Shown here: positions 1 through 11,000 of the stretch, in pieces
Numbering within the stretch: position 1 is the stretch's first letter
Layout: each line of letters starts with the position of its first letter
IMG/VR virus record: IMGVR_UViG_3300042301_002383
Location: 67,322 to 97,638 of that record
DNA length: 30,317 nucleotides
Origin: a virus
Taxonomy: Duplodnaviria; Heunggongvirae; Uroviricota; Caudoviricetes
Direction: 5' to 3' (one strand)
Made by a program: the position numbers and the translations under genes
Notes under the pieces: model-generated
What the model saw: the letters and a program-made list of their open reading frames with translations, nothing else
What the model was told of the DNA's origin: nothing
Databases searched by the model: none

Positions 1-477
1 TATACCTTTAGTAAAGATATTGGTGAGGAGATAGTTAAACTTTATCAAGAACATTTTAATTTAAAGGCGTCCATAACTCGTTTTTATAATGTGTATGGTC
101 CACATCATTTAAAAGATGGTGGATACAGTACCGTAATTGGTAGATGGGAAAAGCAATATGATGATGGGGAACCCTTAACGATATATGGTGATGGATTTAA
201 AAGAAGAGATTTCACACATGTTGATGATATTGTTGATGCGTTAATTAAAATACAAAATATAAATGCTTGGGGTCACATCTTTGAATTGGGGAGGGGTTAC
301 AACTTTTCTTTAAATGAAGTTGCCGACATGTTTAAAGAAGATAGACTATATCTTGATGACAAGCCAGGTGAGGCTCAGGAAACTTTATGTGAAAGTAGAG
401 TTGCTAGATTTGTATTAGATTGGTCTCCGTCCATTAACTTATCAGATTATATTAATGAATATAAAAAAAGGAACTAA
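1..477 (+). CDS. NAD-dependent epimerase/dehydratase (extended SDR), 5'-truncated by the window
   Basis: Frame is open from base 1 and reads YTFSK (catalytic YxxxK), then RFYNVYGP, IYGDG, RDFTHVDD and FELGRG, which are typical of nucleotide-sugar epimerases. The ORF-track start at 91 is an internal GTG. Confidence 0.85.
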   Translation, partial: YTFSKDIGEEIVKLYQEHFNLKASITRFYNVYGPHHLKDGGYSTVIGRWEKQYDDGEPLTIYGDGFKRRDFTHVDDIVDALIKIQNINAWGHIFELGRGYNFSLNEVADMFKEDRLYLDDKPGEAQETLCESRVARFVLDWSPSINLSDYINEYKKRN

Positions 478-954
478 TTAAGCTCCTTCTTTTTTTACTT
501 CCTTTTTAACAAGTTTAAATAAAACTATATAATTATCGCTTGATTTTCCTGCTTCTTTTAAATCTTCTTTTGTGATTTCAGGGTATTCTATTTCCTTTTC
601 TTGATCTAACAATATACCATATTCTTTATCGAATTTAACATATTGTGGATTAACAACTCTGGTAAGTACATTACCATCATCATCTTTGGTTTCATTGTAC
701 ATTTTAACCATTATCCCATTTTTCTCATCTTTTTCTCCATACTTAAGAATAAGTTCATCTCTTAAAGATTCTACCTTAGCTCTTTCTGCTTTAAGTACTT
801 CACCTAATTCCTTTAGTTCGTACTTTAAGATTATTGATAAATTTTGTTTTGTAAAACCTTTATAGAGTTCTGTACCATCTTGTGGGCTAACAAACCCATT
901 GATTTCACTTTCTAATTGTAGGACGTCTCCTAACTTTAACGTGATTTTTTCCAT
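478..954 (-). CDS. Hypothetical phage protein, possibly DUF1617-like
   Basis: 158-aa charged ORF. The LKYEL..L...L..E...R.ELI.KYGEKD pattern resembles small proteins found beside phage tail genes; family call is from memory and low certainty. Confidence 0.6.
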   Translation of the reverse strand: MEKITLKLGDVLQLESEINGFVSPQDGTELYKGFTKQNLSIILKYELKELGEVLKAERAKVESLRDELILKYGEKDEKNGIMVKMYNETKDDDGNVLTRVVNPQYVKFDKEYGILLDQEKEIEYPEITKEDLKEAGKSSDNYIVLFKLVKKEVKKEGA

Positions 955-976
955 AATTTTAATTATAATTTACTAC

Positions 977-1005
977 AATATAGATATTTTTACCTGAATT
1001 GTAAA
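977..1005 (-). promoter_or_regulatory. sigma70-like promoter TTTACA-N17-TATATT
   Basis: On the minus strand, -35 at 1000-1005 and -10 at 977-982 with a 17-nt spacer, upstream of the ATG at 954. The same architecture occurs in three other intergenic gaps. Confidence 0.6.
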
Positions 1006-1008
1006 TGA

Positions 1009-1215
1009 TTATATTTCCGTTATTTTATATAATCTTGTTGTGGTTTCAGCAGCTTCTAACTCAGCTTTTTTTGCTTCAGCTTCTTCAATTGTTTCGAATG
1101 TAAAGATTTCATCATTATCGTCCAATTTTGCAGCCCATATTTCAACCACCATAAATGATGGTTCTCCTTTTGATGGGTCAGTTGGGAATTGTTGTTTTAA
1201 AATTTGATATGCCAT
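1009..1215 (-). CDS. Hypothetical protein (68 aa)
   Basis: Co-oriented with neighbours, fills the gap, and has an A-rich upstream region. Confidence 0.7.
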   Translation of the reverse strand: MAYQILKQQFPTDPSKGEPSFMVVEIWAAKLDDNDEIFTFETIEEAEAKKAELEAAETTTRLYKITEI

Positions 1216-1227
1216 TGTTATGTTTGT

Positions 1228-1371
1228 TTAATATAAATACTTAACACAATAGTTAATTGCGTGTTGTTCTTCCATAAATGGATTACTTATAATTGTTTCA
1301 CCATCTTGTAAGTATTTTACGTACCAACATTGGTTTTCTAAATAAATTTCTATGTTTGTTACTTCTCCCAT
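1228..1371 (-). CDS. Small hypothetical protein (47 aa), below the ORF-track threshold
   Basis: Manual translation: MGEVTNIEIYLENQCWYVKYLQDGETIISNPFMEEQHAINYCVKYLY*. It fills the gap between 1215 and 1385 on the same strand as both neighbours. Confidence 0.55.
   Translation of the reverse strand: MGEVTNIEIYLENQCWYVKYLQDGETIISNPFMEEQHAINYCVKYLY
1233..1242 (-). promoter_or_regulatory. AAGTATTTAT motif (candidate phage late promoter)
   Basis: Lies 17 nt upstream of the ATG at 1215. An identical 10-mer sits upstream of the fibre gene and a 9-mer variant upstream of the ATP-grasp-Hint gene. Confidence 0.45.
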
Positions 1372-1384
1372 TTTAAATTTCTAA

Positions 1385-1774
1385 TTAAGGTAATGCTTGT
1401 TCTGGTAAATTATTAACGTCAGCAATGGGCAAGAGTTCGGTTCTCCATTGTTGGGTTTCTTCGTCCCAAATATGAACTTTACCTTCTTCTTGTTCAGGGC
1501 ATTCAATTGGTGCTTTCCAAATTTGATTAACTGTATCTAAAGACCACGATTCAAATGGTTTGGGTGGTAAAAAAATGTCTAATTCAGGTAAATACCAATA
1601 CCCAATTCCGGCATACATTTTTCTTATATTACCATTATATGATGTTTGAATCCATGTTCCCCCCAATTGTAAATCACTGGATAAATAATCATTTCCTCTA
1701 TGTTGTTGTTCATCAGGAACAACTAAAATATCAACAACTACGTTGTTAGAATCTATTCGTGCAAAATGTGCCAT
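1385..1774 (-). CDS. Conserved phage protein associated with glycine-rich fibre genes
   Basis: MAHFA.ID.NN.VV..LVV...W.QTSYNGNIRK.YAGIGY.Y.....IF.PP.P..SW......W.AP..P......WDE is a pattern I recognise from aquatic phage tail-fibre regions; function unknown. Confidence 0.75.
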   Translation of the reverse strand: MAHFARIDSNNVVVDILVVPDEQQHRGNDYLSSDLQLGGTWIQTSYNGNIRKMYAGIGYWYLPELDIFLPPKPFESWSLDTVNQIWKAPIECPEQEEGKVHIWDEETQQWRTELLPIADVNNLPEQALP

Positions 1775-1775
1775 A

Positions 1776-3419
1776 TTATCTATATTTGTATCTTATTATA
1801 ACTATTCCACTTCCACCATCTCCACCCTTATTTGTTGCGTTATAGTGAGCACCACCACCGCCACCACCACCAGTGTTTGTTGCACCATTTCCGCCAGGTG
1901 TGTTAGCCCATGAACAACATGCGCCTCCACCACCATCAGAACCCCACGCTAAACCATTTCTTCCACCAAGTGCTGTGCCTAACGCACCACCACCACCTCC
2001 GCCAACACCACCATAACCACCTGTAGATAGTGAGTAACTTCCGCCACCACCACCGCCTCCGAAATAAAATGGTTTACCTAAAATTCCCGTTAATTTACCG
2101 GCACCACCATCGGGTCTATTGTTTCCATCTGCACCTGCGGCGCCTGCACCTCCACCACCACCTGAGTAGTATGAGTTACCTTGATAACCACCTCTAAATC
2201 CTTGTCCTGAAATACCCGCTCCTGAACCATATGCTCCAGGTGCTGCACCATCATTATTATAACCCGAAGCTCCACCACCTGAACCACCTGAATTACCAAA
2301 ATGTATACCTAATCCTTGTGTGTTATATGAAACGCCACCCCAGCCACCACCTATAGCAGTTAAACCATTAAATGAAGAATTACCACCATTAGCACCTGTT
2401 ACGGTTGGGTGTCCACCTGTGGTTCCCGCGGGCGCACCTGCGCCACCTCCACCAACAGTTATGGTATATGTTGTTGGAGTTAGAATTGTGGTTCCATTAA
2501 GGACACCTCCACCTCCACCTCCACCGCCCATATTAGTACCACCGCCACCACCGCCAGCTGCTATTAGATATTCAACCTCAATTGATCCCGATCTAAGTGA
2601 TGATAGGGTAAATGTTCCACTACTATTAAATCTATGAACTCGATACTCACCAACAGTTGTTATAACACCACCTGTTGCAACTACTTTTTGTTGCTTAAGT
2701 GCGGCACCTTCAACTGTAACGGTTGTAGATTCTAACTTTGCTTGTCTATTGTTTAATAGGTCAGATATTGTTGGTTCTGAGCCATCACATTTATCTAATC
2801 TTGGGTCAAACCATTGTAATCTGGTTGTGTTATCACCACAATAATAATGATATACTCTATGATATCCACCTGTTGTTCCCGGATACCATTTTACGTCACC
2901 GCCAATGTTACAAAAATTAACACTACCATTTCTACCACTTGTTATGTATCTACCAGAATCAGGGTGTGTTGTTGCACCACCAGTGTAATTAGATGGAAAA
3001 CAATGTCCAACAAGTAGATACCAAACGTTTTGAGTATATGCACCAGTACCACTACATTCAAAATATGGGTTACCTTCTTGTGCTCCGTTATCTATTCTAA
3101 TAACAGCATTAGGACTACCGTAAAGTCCCAAATATGATGTTCCTCCAGCACTTGATGTTGTTCTTTTGACCCAAACTGACCATCTATATAATGAATATTC
3201 ATCCACATTATGAAATCCGTTATTCCAACCACCATCATCAGCAGCGGAACCGTTTGGTCTAGATTCCCAGACAACTGAACTATTACCAAAAGGGTCTGTG
3301 CCGATTACTCTTTCGTTTTCGTCAGTACTACCATTTTGACCAAAAGCGCCAGTACCCCCTGAACCTACCGCCCAAGAGTATGGGTCTAAAATGTTTGTTC
3401 TTCTAAATAATATTGGCAT
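1776..3419 (-). CDS. Two-domain virion/fibre-associated protein with C-terminal glycine-rich domain
   Basis: N-terminal beta-rich domain, then YRVHRFNSSGTF, YLIAAGGGGGG, GANGGNSSF, many G4-G8 runs and a GGDGGSGIVIIRY end, all hallmarks of the phage glycine-rich domain. Confidence 0.75.
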   Translation of the reverse strand: MPILFRRTNILDPYSWAVGSGGTGAFGQNGSTDENERVIGTDPFGNSSVVWESRPNGSAADDGGWNNGFHNVDEYSLYRWSVWVKRTTSSAGGTSYLGLYGSPNAVIRIDNGAQEGNPYFECSGTGAYTQNVWYLLVGHCFPSNYTGGATTHPDSGRYITSGRNGSVNFCNIGGDVKWYPGTTGGYHRVYHYYCGDNTTRLQWFDPRLDKCDGSEPTISDLLNNRQAKLESTTVTVEGAALKQQKVVATGGVITTVGEYRVHRFNSSGTFTLSSLRSGSIEVEYLIAAGGGGGGTNMGGGGGGGGVLNGTTILTPTTYTITVGGGGAGAPAGTTGGHPTVTGANGGNSSFNGLTAIGGGWGGVSYNTQGLGIHFGNSGGSGGGASGYNNDGAAPGAYGSGAGISGQGFRGGYQGNSYYSGGGGGAGAAGADGNNRPDGGAGKLTGILGKPFYFGGGGGGGSYSLSTGGYGGVGGGGGGALGTALGGRNGLAWGSDGGGGACCSWANTPGGNGATNTGGGGGGGAHYNATNKGGDGGSGIVIIRYKYR

Positions 3420-3433
3420 ATAAATTAAATATT

Positions 3434-4252
3434 TTAAACTCCAAACCTCGCTCTACCATTATTATAATTTTGGACAATTTCTGTTACAGTTAATGCTACA
3501 TTATATATACGGGCAATACTAATATCTCCCTTAAAATTATGTACCCCATCCGCCGTTGCCCCACCATATGTCCCAACATAATACGTTCCAGCAGTCACTG
3601 TACCTGTTTGAGCCCACGCATCAACTTGTACACCATTAACATAAGCCCTACTTGTACCTCCATCATATGTTCCTACAATGTGAGTCCAAGCATTATTTGG
3701 AATACTACCATTCCAATTATATAATCTACTATTTGAAGTTTGATTAGCCCAATGTAATGAGAATGTACTTCCACCATCGGTAGAATCTATAATTCCCAAA
3801 TACATACTACTACTTGACGAAACTGCTCCACCTCTTTGTGTTCCTGTACCAACCGATGATTTATTTGGTCTAATCCACGCTTCTGTAGTTATTTGACTAG
3901 TCGGACCATTAGTAAATGTTGGGATTATTATAAAATCATTTACACCATCAAAAAGTATTGAACCTCCTCCTGTGGTATAATTAATTGCGGCTCCATTTGT
4001 TAACGATCCATCATTACCGTTACCGCTCATATCCTTCCATTGAGAGTTACAATTTGTACAGCCTGGATTTGATGAATAATACTGACATCCGTAACCACAA
4101 TCATAATAATTGGATGAGTTTATATATGACGAATTGTTACCCGCATCTAACCATAACACCAATCCTCTGGTTACAACCGTAGGACTTGCAGCCTCGCCGC
4201 TTGGGTTAAAATCAGTTGCATCAAATACGTTTCCGCCAATATCTATTCCCAT
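3434..4252 (-). CDS. LamG / concanavalin A-like domain protein
   Basis: GLVLWLDAGN...WKDMSGNGNDGSL..., FDGVND, TTEAWIRP, WTHIVGTYDG...YVNG, F.GDISIARIYNVALT.TEI.QNYN..R.RFG. Confidence 0.85.
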   Translation of the reverse strand: MGIDIGGNVFDATDFNPSGEAASPTVVTRGLVLWLDAGNNSSYINSSNYYDCGYGCQYYSSNPGCTNCNSQWKDMSGNGNDGSLTNGAAINYTTGGGSILFDGVNDFIIIPTFTNGPTSQITTEAWIRPNKSSVGTGTQRGGAVSSSSSMYLGIIDSTDGGSTFSLHWANQTSNSRLYNWNGSIPNNAWTHIVGTYDGGTSRAYVNGVQVDAWAQTGTVTAGTYYVGTYGGATADGVHNFKGDISIARIYNVALTVTEIVQNYNNGRARFGV

Positions 4253-4263
4253 AATTACATTTA

Positions 4264-4959
4264 TTAAATACCAAAACGACCTCTTGTTGCTTGATACACC
4301 TCAGAAATTTCATAAGGATTTAAAACTCTATTATAAACTAAAAGATACCCAATATACGCGTTTGAATATTCACTATTACCTGGTGCATATCTACCTAAAC
4401 TAAGATTATATGGACCCTGGCTACCACTTTGATTTGAATACGTTGCAACTGAGTTTACATAAACAACATACTGATCATCTGATATATTACCAGTACCAGC
4501 CATAATTTTAAAACTAGTATCCTGTGGACCATTTTGAACAGGAGTTACCCAACCTTCTGCATAATAATTTTCAGTTGATGAACTCCACCAACCTAATAAC
4601 CAGTTATTGCTTTCTGCGGAAAAAATTCTACCTCCAACTGTTGCATATTTTGCAGCACCTATTACAGTATAGTTTGTTCCAGATAAATTTCCACAAGGAA
4701 CTGTGATATATTGATTTGAACCATTAGTTACTAATACCCCACCAGCTATTCCACTATTGAATGAAACACCATTAACTAAGGTCCCATTTGCACCATTACC
4801 ACTTAAATCATACCAAACGGTTCCACTACCGGGATATGAATTTATATCTGCAGCATCTAAATAACAAATAAGACTATCTCGAGTAATTCTTGTTTTAAAA
4901 ATACCCGTACTTGTTATATCCGATGAACTGATTACTTTACTATTAACGTCTAAAGGCAT
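4264..4959 (-). CDS. LamG-like domain protein (paralog)
   Basis: LICYLDAA..NSYPGSGTVWYDLSGNGANGTL.NG at the start and LLVYNRVLN..EI..VY...R.RFGI at the end match the framing of the neighbouring LamG gene. Confidence 0.8.
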   Translation of the reverse strand: MPLDVNSKVISSSDITSTGIFKTRITRDSLICYLDAADINSYPGSGTVWYDLSGNGANGTLVNGVSFNSGIAGGVLVTNGSNQYITVPCGNLSGTNYTVIGAAKYATVGGRIFSAESNNWLLGWWSSSTENYYAEGWVTPVQNGPQDTSFKIMAGTGNISDDQYVVYVNSVATYSNQSGSQGPYNLSLGRYAPGNSEYSNAYIGYLLVYNRVLNPYEISEVYQATRGRFGI

Positions 4960-4976
4960 TAGTTTATGTTTATTAA

Positions 4977-5005
4977 AATATAATGATATTTTTTTAGTTA
5001 ATCAA
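4977..5005 (-). promoter_or_regulatory. sigma70-like promoter TTGATT-N17-TATATT
   Basis: -35 at 5000-5005 and -10 at 4977-4982 with a 17-nt spacer, upstream of the ATG at 4959. Confidence 0.6.
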
Positions 5006-5007
5006 TA

Positions 5008-8000
5008 TTATTCAGGTCGTTTTGGTGTTGCGTCATTAGGGTTAACCTCTTGCAACATAAATTTATAAACCTTATTTTGTTTATTATTATATAAGAATAA
5101 ATCATTCTCACCCTCAACAATTGTATAGTCACCAATACCATTACTTAAAGATAAATCGGAAGTAAAGACTGTGTTCCATCTTAATGATGATGAACCTAAA
5201 TTATATGTACCATTTGCAGATGGGAATATCCCTCCAGTTATGAAAAATCTACCATCGGCAACGAATGTAAATTTAGACTCAGCAACGCTAGCGGTACCAA
5301 AATGAAATCCAATCATATCCTGAGAACCACCATAACCACCCGATCCTTGAAAATAGGAAATACCATAAGCATCCGCATTACCAAAACTCCAAATACGATT
5401 TCGACCTGAAGCATATGTTGCACTTTGGAAACCACTTTGACTGGCAACCACCGTACCGTTAACTGTTATACCTGCGAATGTTGGTGAATTACTTGTACCA
5501 ACACTTTGATTAATTGTATAGGCAGTAATGTTACTAGCAGTACCAGTTGTGTTTTGATTCCATGTTGGTATGTTACCCGCGTGATATATTGTATATTCTG
5601 TTGTACCAACTCCAGCTCTTAGTTTAAGTCCGTTAATATCCGCAGGATTCAACACAAGAATATCATCAGCATCGTTAGACGTACCAATAACTAATCTGTT
5701 TGCTTCACCTGATGAACCACCAATACCGTAAGAATGAAATTGTATAAATCCAAAATCGGAAGGATGATTAATGTTTGTACCATCTTTTTCTGATTCAAAG
5801 AATATACCACTAACACCGGATGAATTACCTTTTAATACAATGTTATCCGCACCTGTTACATAGTTTGATAAACTTACATATGTACCTCTTGATAATGACC
5901 CACCAATAGTTAAACCACCTGTTAATGTAGTATCAACAAACGTTGGTGAGTTACCCGTGCCAACACTTTGGTTGATTGTATATGCGGTAATATTACTAGC
6001 GGTACCTGTTGTGTTCTGATTCCAAGTTGGTATGTTACCAGAGTGATAAACGGTTTGACCTAACCAAGTTATGGTGGAATTATTATATAATTTTAAACCT
6101 TCACTATAAACACCATTACCATCTTTACTCCCAATATCAATATATCTATTTGCTGTTGCACTATCATATCTAACTTTAATAACCGGACCATTTGCTGGTC
6201 CATCTAAAATTGTGTATACAGTTTGGTTAGCATATCCGTTTAATGAAGTTGCGTATCCTGAAATATTTGTTTGGTCTCCTGTATTTGTTCCTGATGATGT
6301 ACCACTATAGTTTGACGCTGATAATGTTCCAGGGAATGTTGTGTTACCACTACCATCTAATAATGTTGCAGTTCTTGTAACTGTTGTAAATACACCCGTA
6401 TATTGACGAACATAAATTGGTTCATTACCATCATCAGCAGTTGCCAATTCCATCCAACCACTATTTCCCGCATCACCACCAACACGAATTCTTGCGTAGT
6501 CATTATCTGCAATTTGTGAGTATAGTAAATTCGCGGCGTTTGTTCCTGTTAATGTTTGTGTAACTTGTGTTGCTGTTGATGCATTACCACTTAACGCTCC
6601 ACTAAATGTTGTTGCTGTTAAAGTACCTGAACTAAATGTTAAACCAGCATTACCTTGAATTGTTCCTGCGGTACCTGTTGCGGTTAAAACGTAGTTAGCG
6701 GTATTATTGTTAATTATCGCAGCACCTGATGTACCCGCTGAACCACTTGATCCCGAAGAACCCGAACTACCTGAAGAACCTGAATTTCCTGAGGTTCCTG
6801 AACTACCTGAAGATCCTGAACTACCTGCAGTTCCCGATGTTCCACTTGTTCCAGCACTACCGCTAGAACCTGATGTACCTCTAGTTCCTGATGATCCACT
6901 AGAACCACTAGAACCTGCTGCTCCTGACGTTCCAGAGCTACCTGAAGTTCCTGTTGTACCGCTAGAACCTGATGTGCCACTAGTTCCTGTTGTTCCAGAT
7001 GTACCACTAGAACCTGCTGTTCCTGATGACCCACTTGAACCGCTAGAACCTGAACTACCACTTGTACCCGCACTTCCACTAGAACCTGAACTACCACCGG
7101 CACCAGAACTACCTGAACTTCCACTTGTACCTGAAGTACCGGCCGCAGCTAACCAAGTTGTTCCGTTATATCTATAAATGTTATTATCGGTTGTGTTATA
7201 GAATAACTGACCAGCAGCGTTACCTATTATATTACCTGTACCACTTGCTGTAGGTATTCTTAAAGATCCCGTAACAAAAACACTACCTGTAAAATTATGA
7301 TTATCTCCAGTGTCGTCACCGAATTTTGTTGACCCTGAAGCGAATGATGTTGTAATAAAACTAACTGATGAGCTGACAATAAATTGTTGAGCAGTTAAAC
7401 TACCCGTTACAACCAAATTACCTTTTACTGTTGTTAAAGATGTATTAAATGTAATATCATTACCAGTATCAACTATATTTGAATTACCAACTGTAGATGC
7501 TGAAGTAAATTTAACTATTGTGCCAGAATTACCCGAAACTGAAACTGATGTACCTGACGTTCCACTAGTCCCTGAAGAACCTGATGTACCGGCACTTCCG
7601 CTAGAACCTGATGTACCTGATGTTCCTCTTGTACCAGAAGAACCTGATGTACCACTAGAACCCGTACCACCACTAGAACCTGATGTTCCACTAGAACCCG
7701 ATGTTCCTGATGAACCACTAGTACCACTAGAACCTGATGTACCAGCAGTTCCACTAGAACCTGAAGTACCAGTTGTACCACTAGAACCTGACGTACCAGT
7801 TGTACCACTAGAACCTGACGTACCTGCACTACCACTACTTCCTGAAGTACCCGCACTACCACTAGAACCTGATGTTCCACTTGTACCAGAAGAACCTGAT
7901 GTACCACTAGAACCCGTACCACCACTAGAACCTGATGAACCTGCGGTTCCTGATGTACCTGCACTACCACTACTTCCTGAAGAACCATTTGCACCACTAG

Positions 8001-11000
8001 AACCTGAAGTACCCGCACTACCACTAGAACCTGATGTTCCTCTTGTACCAGAAGAACCCGATGTACCACTACTACCATTGGCACCACTTGATCCTGAAGA
8101 ACCTGAAGTACCGGCACTTCCGCTAGAACCTGATGTTCCTCTTGTACCACTAGAACCTGATGAACCACTAGAACCTGCAACACCAGAAGAACCTGACGAA
8201 CCACTAGAACCTGATGTTCCACTTGTTCCAGCACTACCGCTAGTTCCTGATGTGCCAGCGGAACCTGATGAACCACTACTACCATTAGCACCACTTGATC
8301 CTGACATACCTGATGTACCTGCACTTCCACTAGAACCTGATGTTCCTGAAGTACCACTAGAACCCGCAACTCCACTACTTCCACTAGAACCTGACGTTCC
8401 ACTAGTTCCTGAAGCACCACTTACACCCGATGAACCACTACTACCACTTGTCCCTGCGGTACCACTTGAACCTGACGTTCCACTAGTTCCTGAAGAACCC
8501 GCAGCCACCAACCAAGTTGTACCGTTATATCTGTAGATATTATTATCTGTTGTATTATAAAATATTTGTCCCGCTATTGTACCTAATGCAGTACCTGTTG
8601 ATGTTGCAGTTGGGACAACCATTGAACCTGTAACCCTTAACGAACCAGTAAATTGGTGTGTATCATCTATTGAATTACCGAATACATGTGAACCAGACGC
8701 AAATGATTGTGTCAAATGCATTACTGAAGATGATATGATAAGTTGTTGAGCGGTTAAGTTACCTGTTACTACTAAACTTCCTGTTACAACTGCATTTTGA
8801 CCAACTCTAAATGTTGTTCCATCATCCGTTAAGTTTGTGGCATTTCCAACAGTTGTTGCTGATGTAAATTTAGTTAATGTATTATTTGTTCCTGAAGTTG
8901 TAATTGAGGTACCTGAAGAACCGCTAGTACCTGATGTTCCACTTGTTCCTGAAGTTCCAGTTGATCCGCTACTTCCGCTAGAACCTGATGTACCTGCACT
9001 ACCGCTAGAGCCTGAACTTCCACTTGTTCCTGAAGTTCCTCTAGTACCACTAGAACCTGAGCTACCACTACTTCCTGAAGAACCCGTAGCACCACTAGAA
9101 CCTGATGTTCCAGCACTTCCACTTGTTCCCGCACTACCGCTAGAACCTGAAGTACCAGTTGTACCAGAAGAACCTGATGTACCACTAGAACCCGTACCAC
9201 CACTAGAACCTGATGTTCCAGCACTTCCACTTGTTCCCGCACTACCGCTAGAACCTGAAGTACCACTAGAACCTGTAGCACCACTAGTACCTGATGTACC
9301 GGCACTTCCACTTGAGCCAGATGTACCTGATGTACCTCTAGTTCCACTAGAACCTGATGTGCCAGCACTACCACTAGAACCTGAGCTACCACTTGTTCCC
9401 GCACTACCACTAGAACCTGAACTACCTGATGTTCCACTAGTACCTGAAGAACCCGTAGCACCACTGGAACCTGATGTACCGGCAGAACCTGAAGTTCCAG
9501 ATGTACCTGACGTACCGCTTGAACCTGAGGTTCCCGATGTACCAGCACTACCGCTAGAACCTGATGTACCAGCAGTTCCTGAAGTTCCACTTGTTCCCGA
9601 AGAACCTGCAGCTCTTAACCAAAATGAACCATCATATCGATAGATATTTGTGTCTGTGGTATTATAATATATTGAACCTGTTGCAGTCCCTACTGGATTT
9701 GAGGATGCTCTAGGTATTTGTAATGACCCTGTTACACTTACAGAACCTGTAAAATTATGGTTATCATCTAACGTATCTCCGAATTTAGTTGAACCTGACG
9801 AGAATGACGTTGTAAGATGTGTAACCGAAGAGCTCACAATAAATTGTTGAGCAGTTAGATTACCCGTAACCACCAATGAACCGGTTACAATTGTATTAGA
9901 CCCTAATCTAACTGTTGTACCGTCATCTGTTATATTTGAATTACCAACCGTAGAGGTTGATGTGAATTTAACGACTGTATTATTGGTGCCTGAAGTTGTG
10001 ATTGATGTACCTGAGCTACCTGATGTTCCCGAACTTCCACTAGTACCTGAAGTACCTGCACTACCGCTAGAACCCGATGTTCCTCTTGTACCACTAGAAC
10101 CTGAACTTCCTGAAGAACCGCTTGTTCCCGAAGAACCTGATGTACCGGCAGTTCCACTTGTTCCTGCACTACCACTACTTCCTGATGTTCCACTAGTACC
10201 TGCAGACCCTGATGACCCTGAAGTTCCGGCACTACCTGATGAACCTGCGGTTCCTGAAGTTCCAGCAGAACCTGAACTACCACTAGTACCTGATGAACCT
10301 GCCAATCCTGAACTACCTGAAGTACCACTAGTACCCGCACTACCGCTAGAACCTGATGTGCCAGCGGAACCTGATGAACCACTAGAACCTGAGGTACCTC
10401 TAGTACCACTTGAACCTGATGTACCAGCACTACCACTAGTGCCTGTTGAACCTGAGCTACCTGATGTGCCAGATGTACCAGCACTACCCGAGCTTCCACT
10501 AGTTCCCGATGAACCTGAACTACCTGACGTACCCGCAGTTCCTGAAGTTCCAGATGTACCTGCCGCCTTTAACCAGAATGAACCATCATATCTATATATG
10601 TTGGTATCGGTTGTGTTATAATATAATTGACCCGCAACTGTTCCCGTAGGGTTTGCAGATGCTGTAGGTATTTTTAAAGAACCTGTTATGTTAACAGAAC
10701 CAGTAAAGTTATGATTGTCATCAATCGTGTCTCCAAATTTTGTCGAACCTGAAGCGAATGATGTTGTTATATAACTAACCGAACTACTAACAATGAATTG
10801 TTGTGCAGTTAAGTTTCCTGTAATCACTAATGACCCCGTTACTACAGAGTTAGAACCTAATCTAATTGTTGTACCATCGTCAGTTATATTTGAATTACCT
10901 ACCGTTGATGTTGAAGTAAATTTAACTACAGTATTATTAGTTCCCGATGTTGTGATTGAGGTACCAGAACTACCTGATGTTCCACTTGTTCCTGATGAAC

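Noticed and set aside
1555-4706. Short plus-strand and alternate-frame ORFs (e.g. 2320-2637 Pro-rich, 3539-3724, 4110-4403)
   Set aside because: They lie entirely opposite or inside well-supported genes. The Pro-rich one is the reverse complement of glycine runs.
5008-6723. Diversity-generating retroelement acting on the fibre tip
   Set aside because: No reverse transcriptase is in the window. The duplicated 37-codon segment differs mostly at synonymous sites within the same ORF, not in an adenine-specific template/variable pattern.
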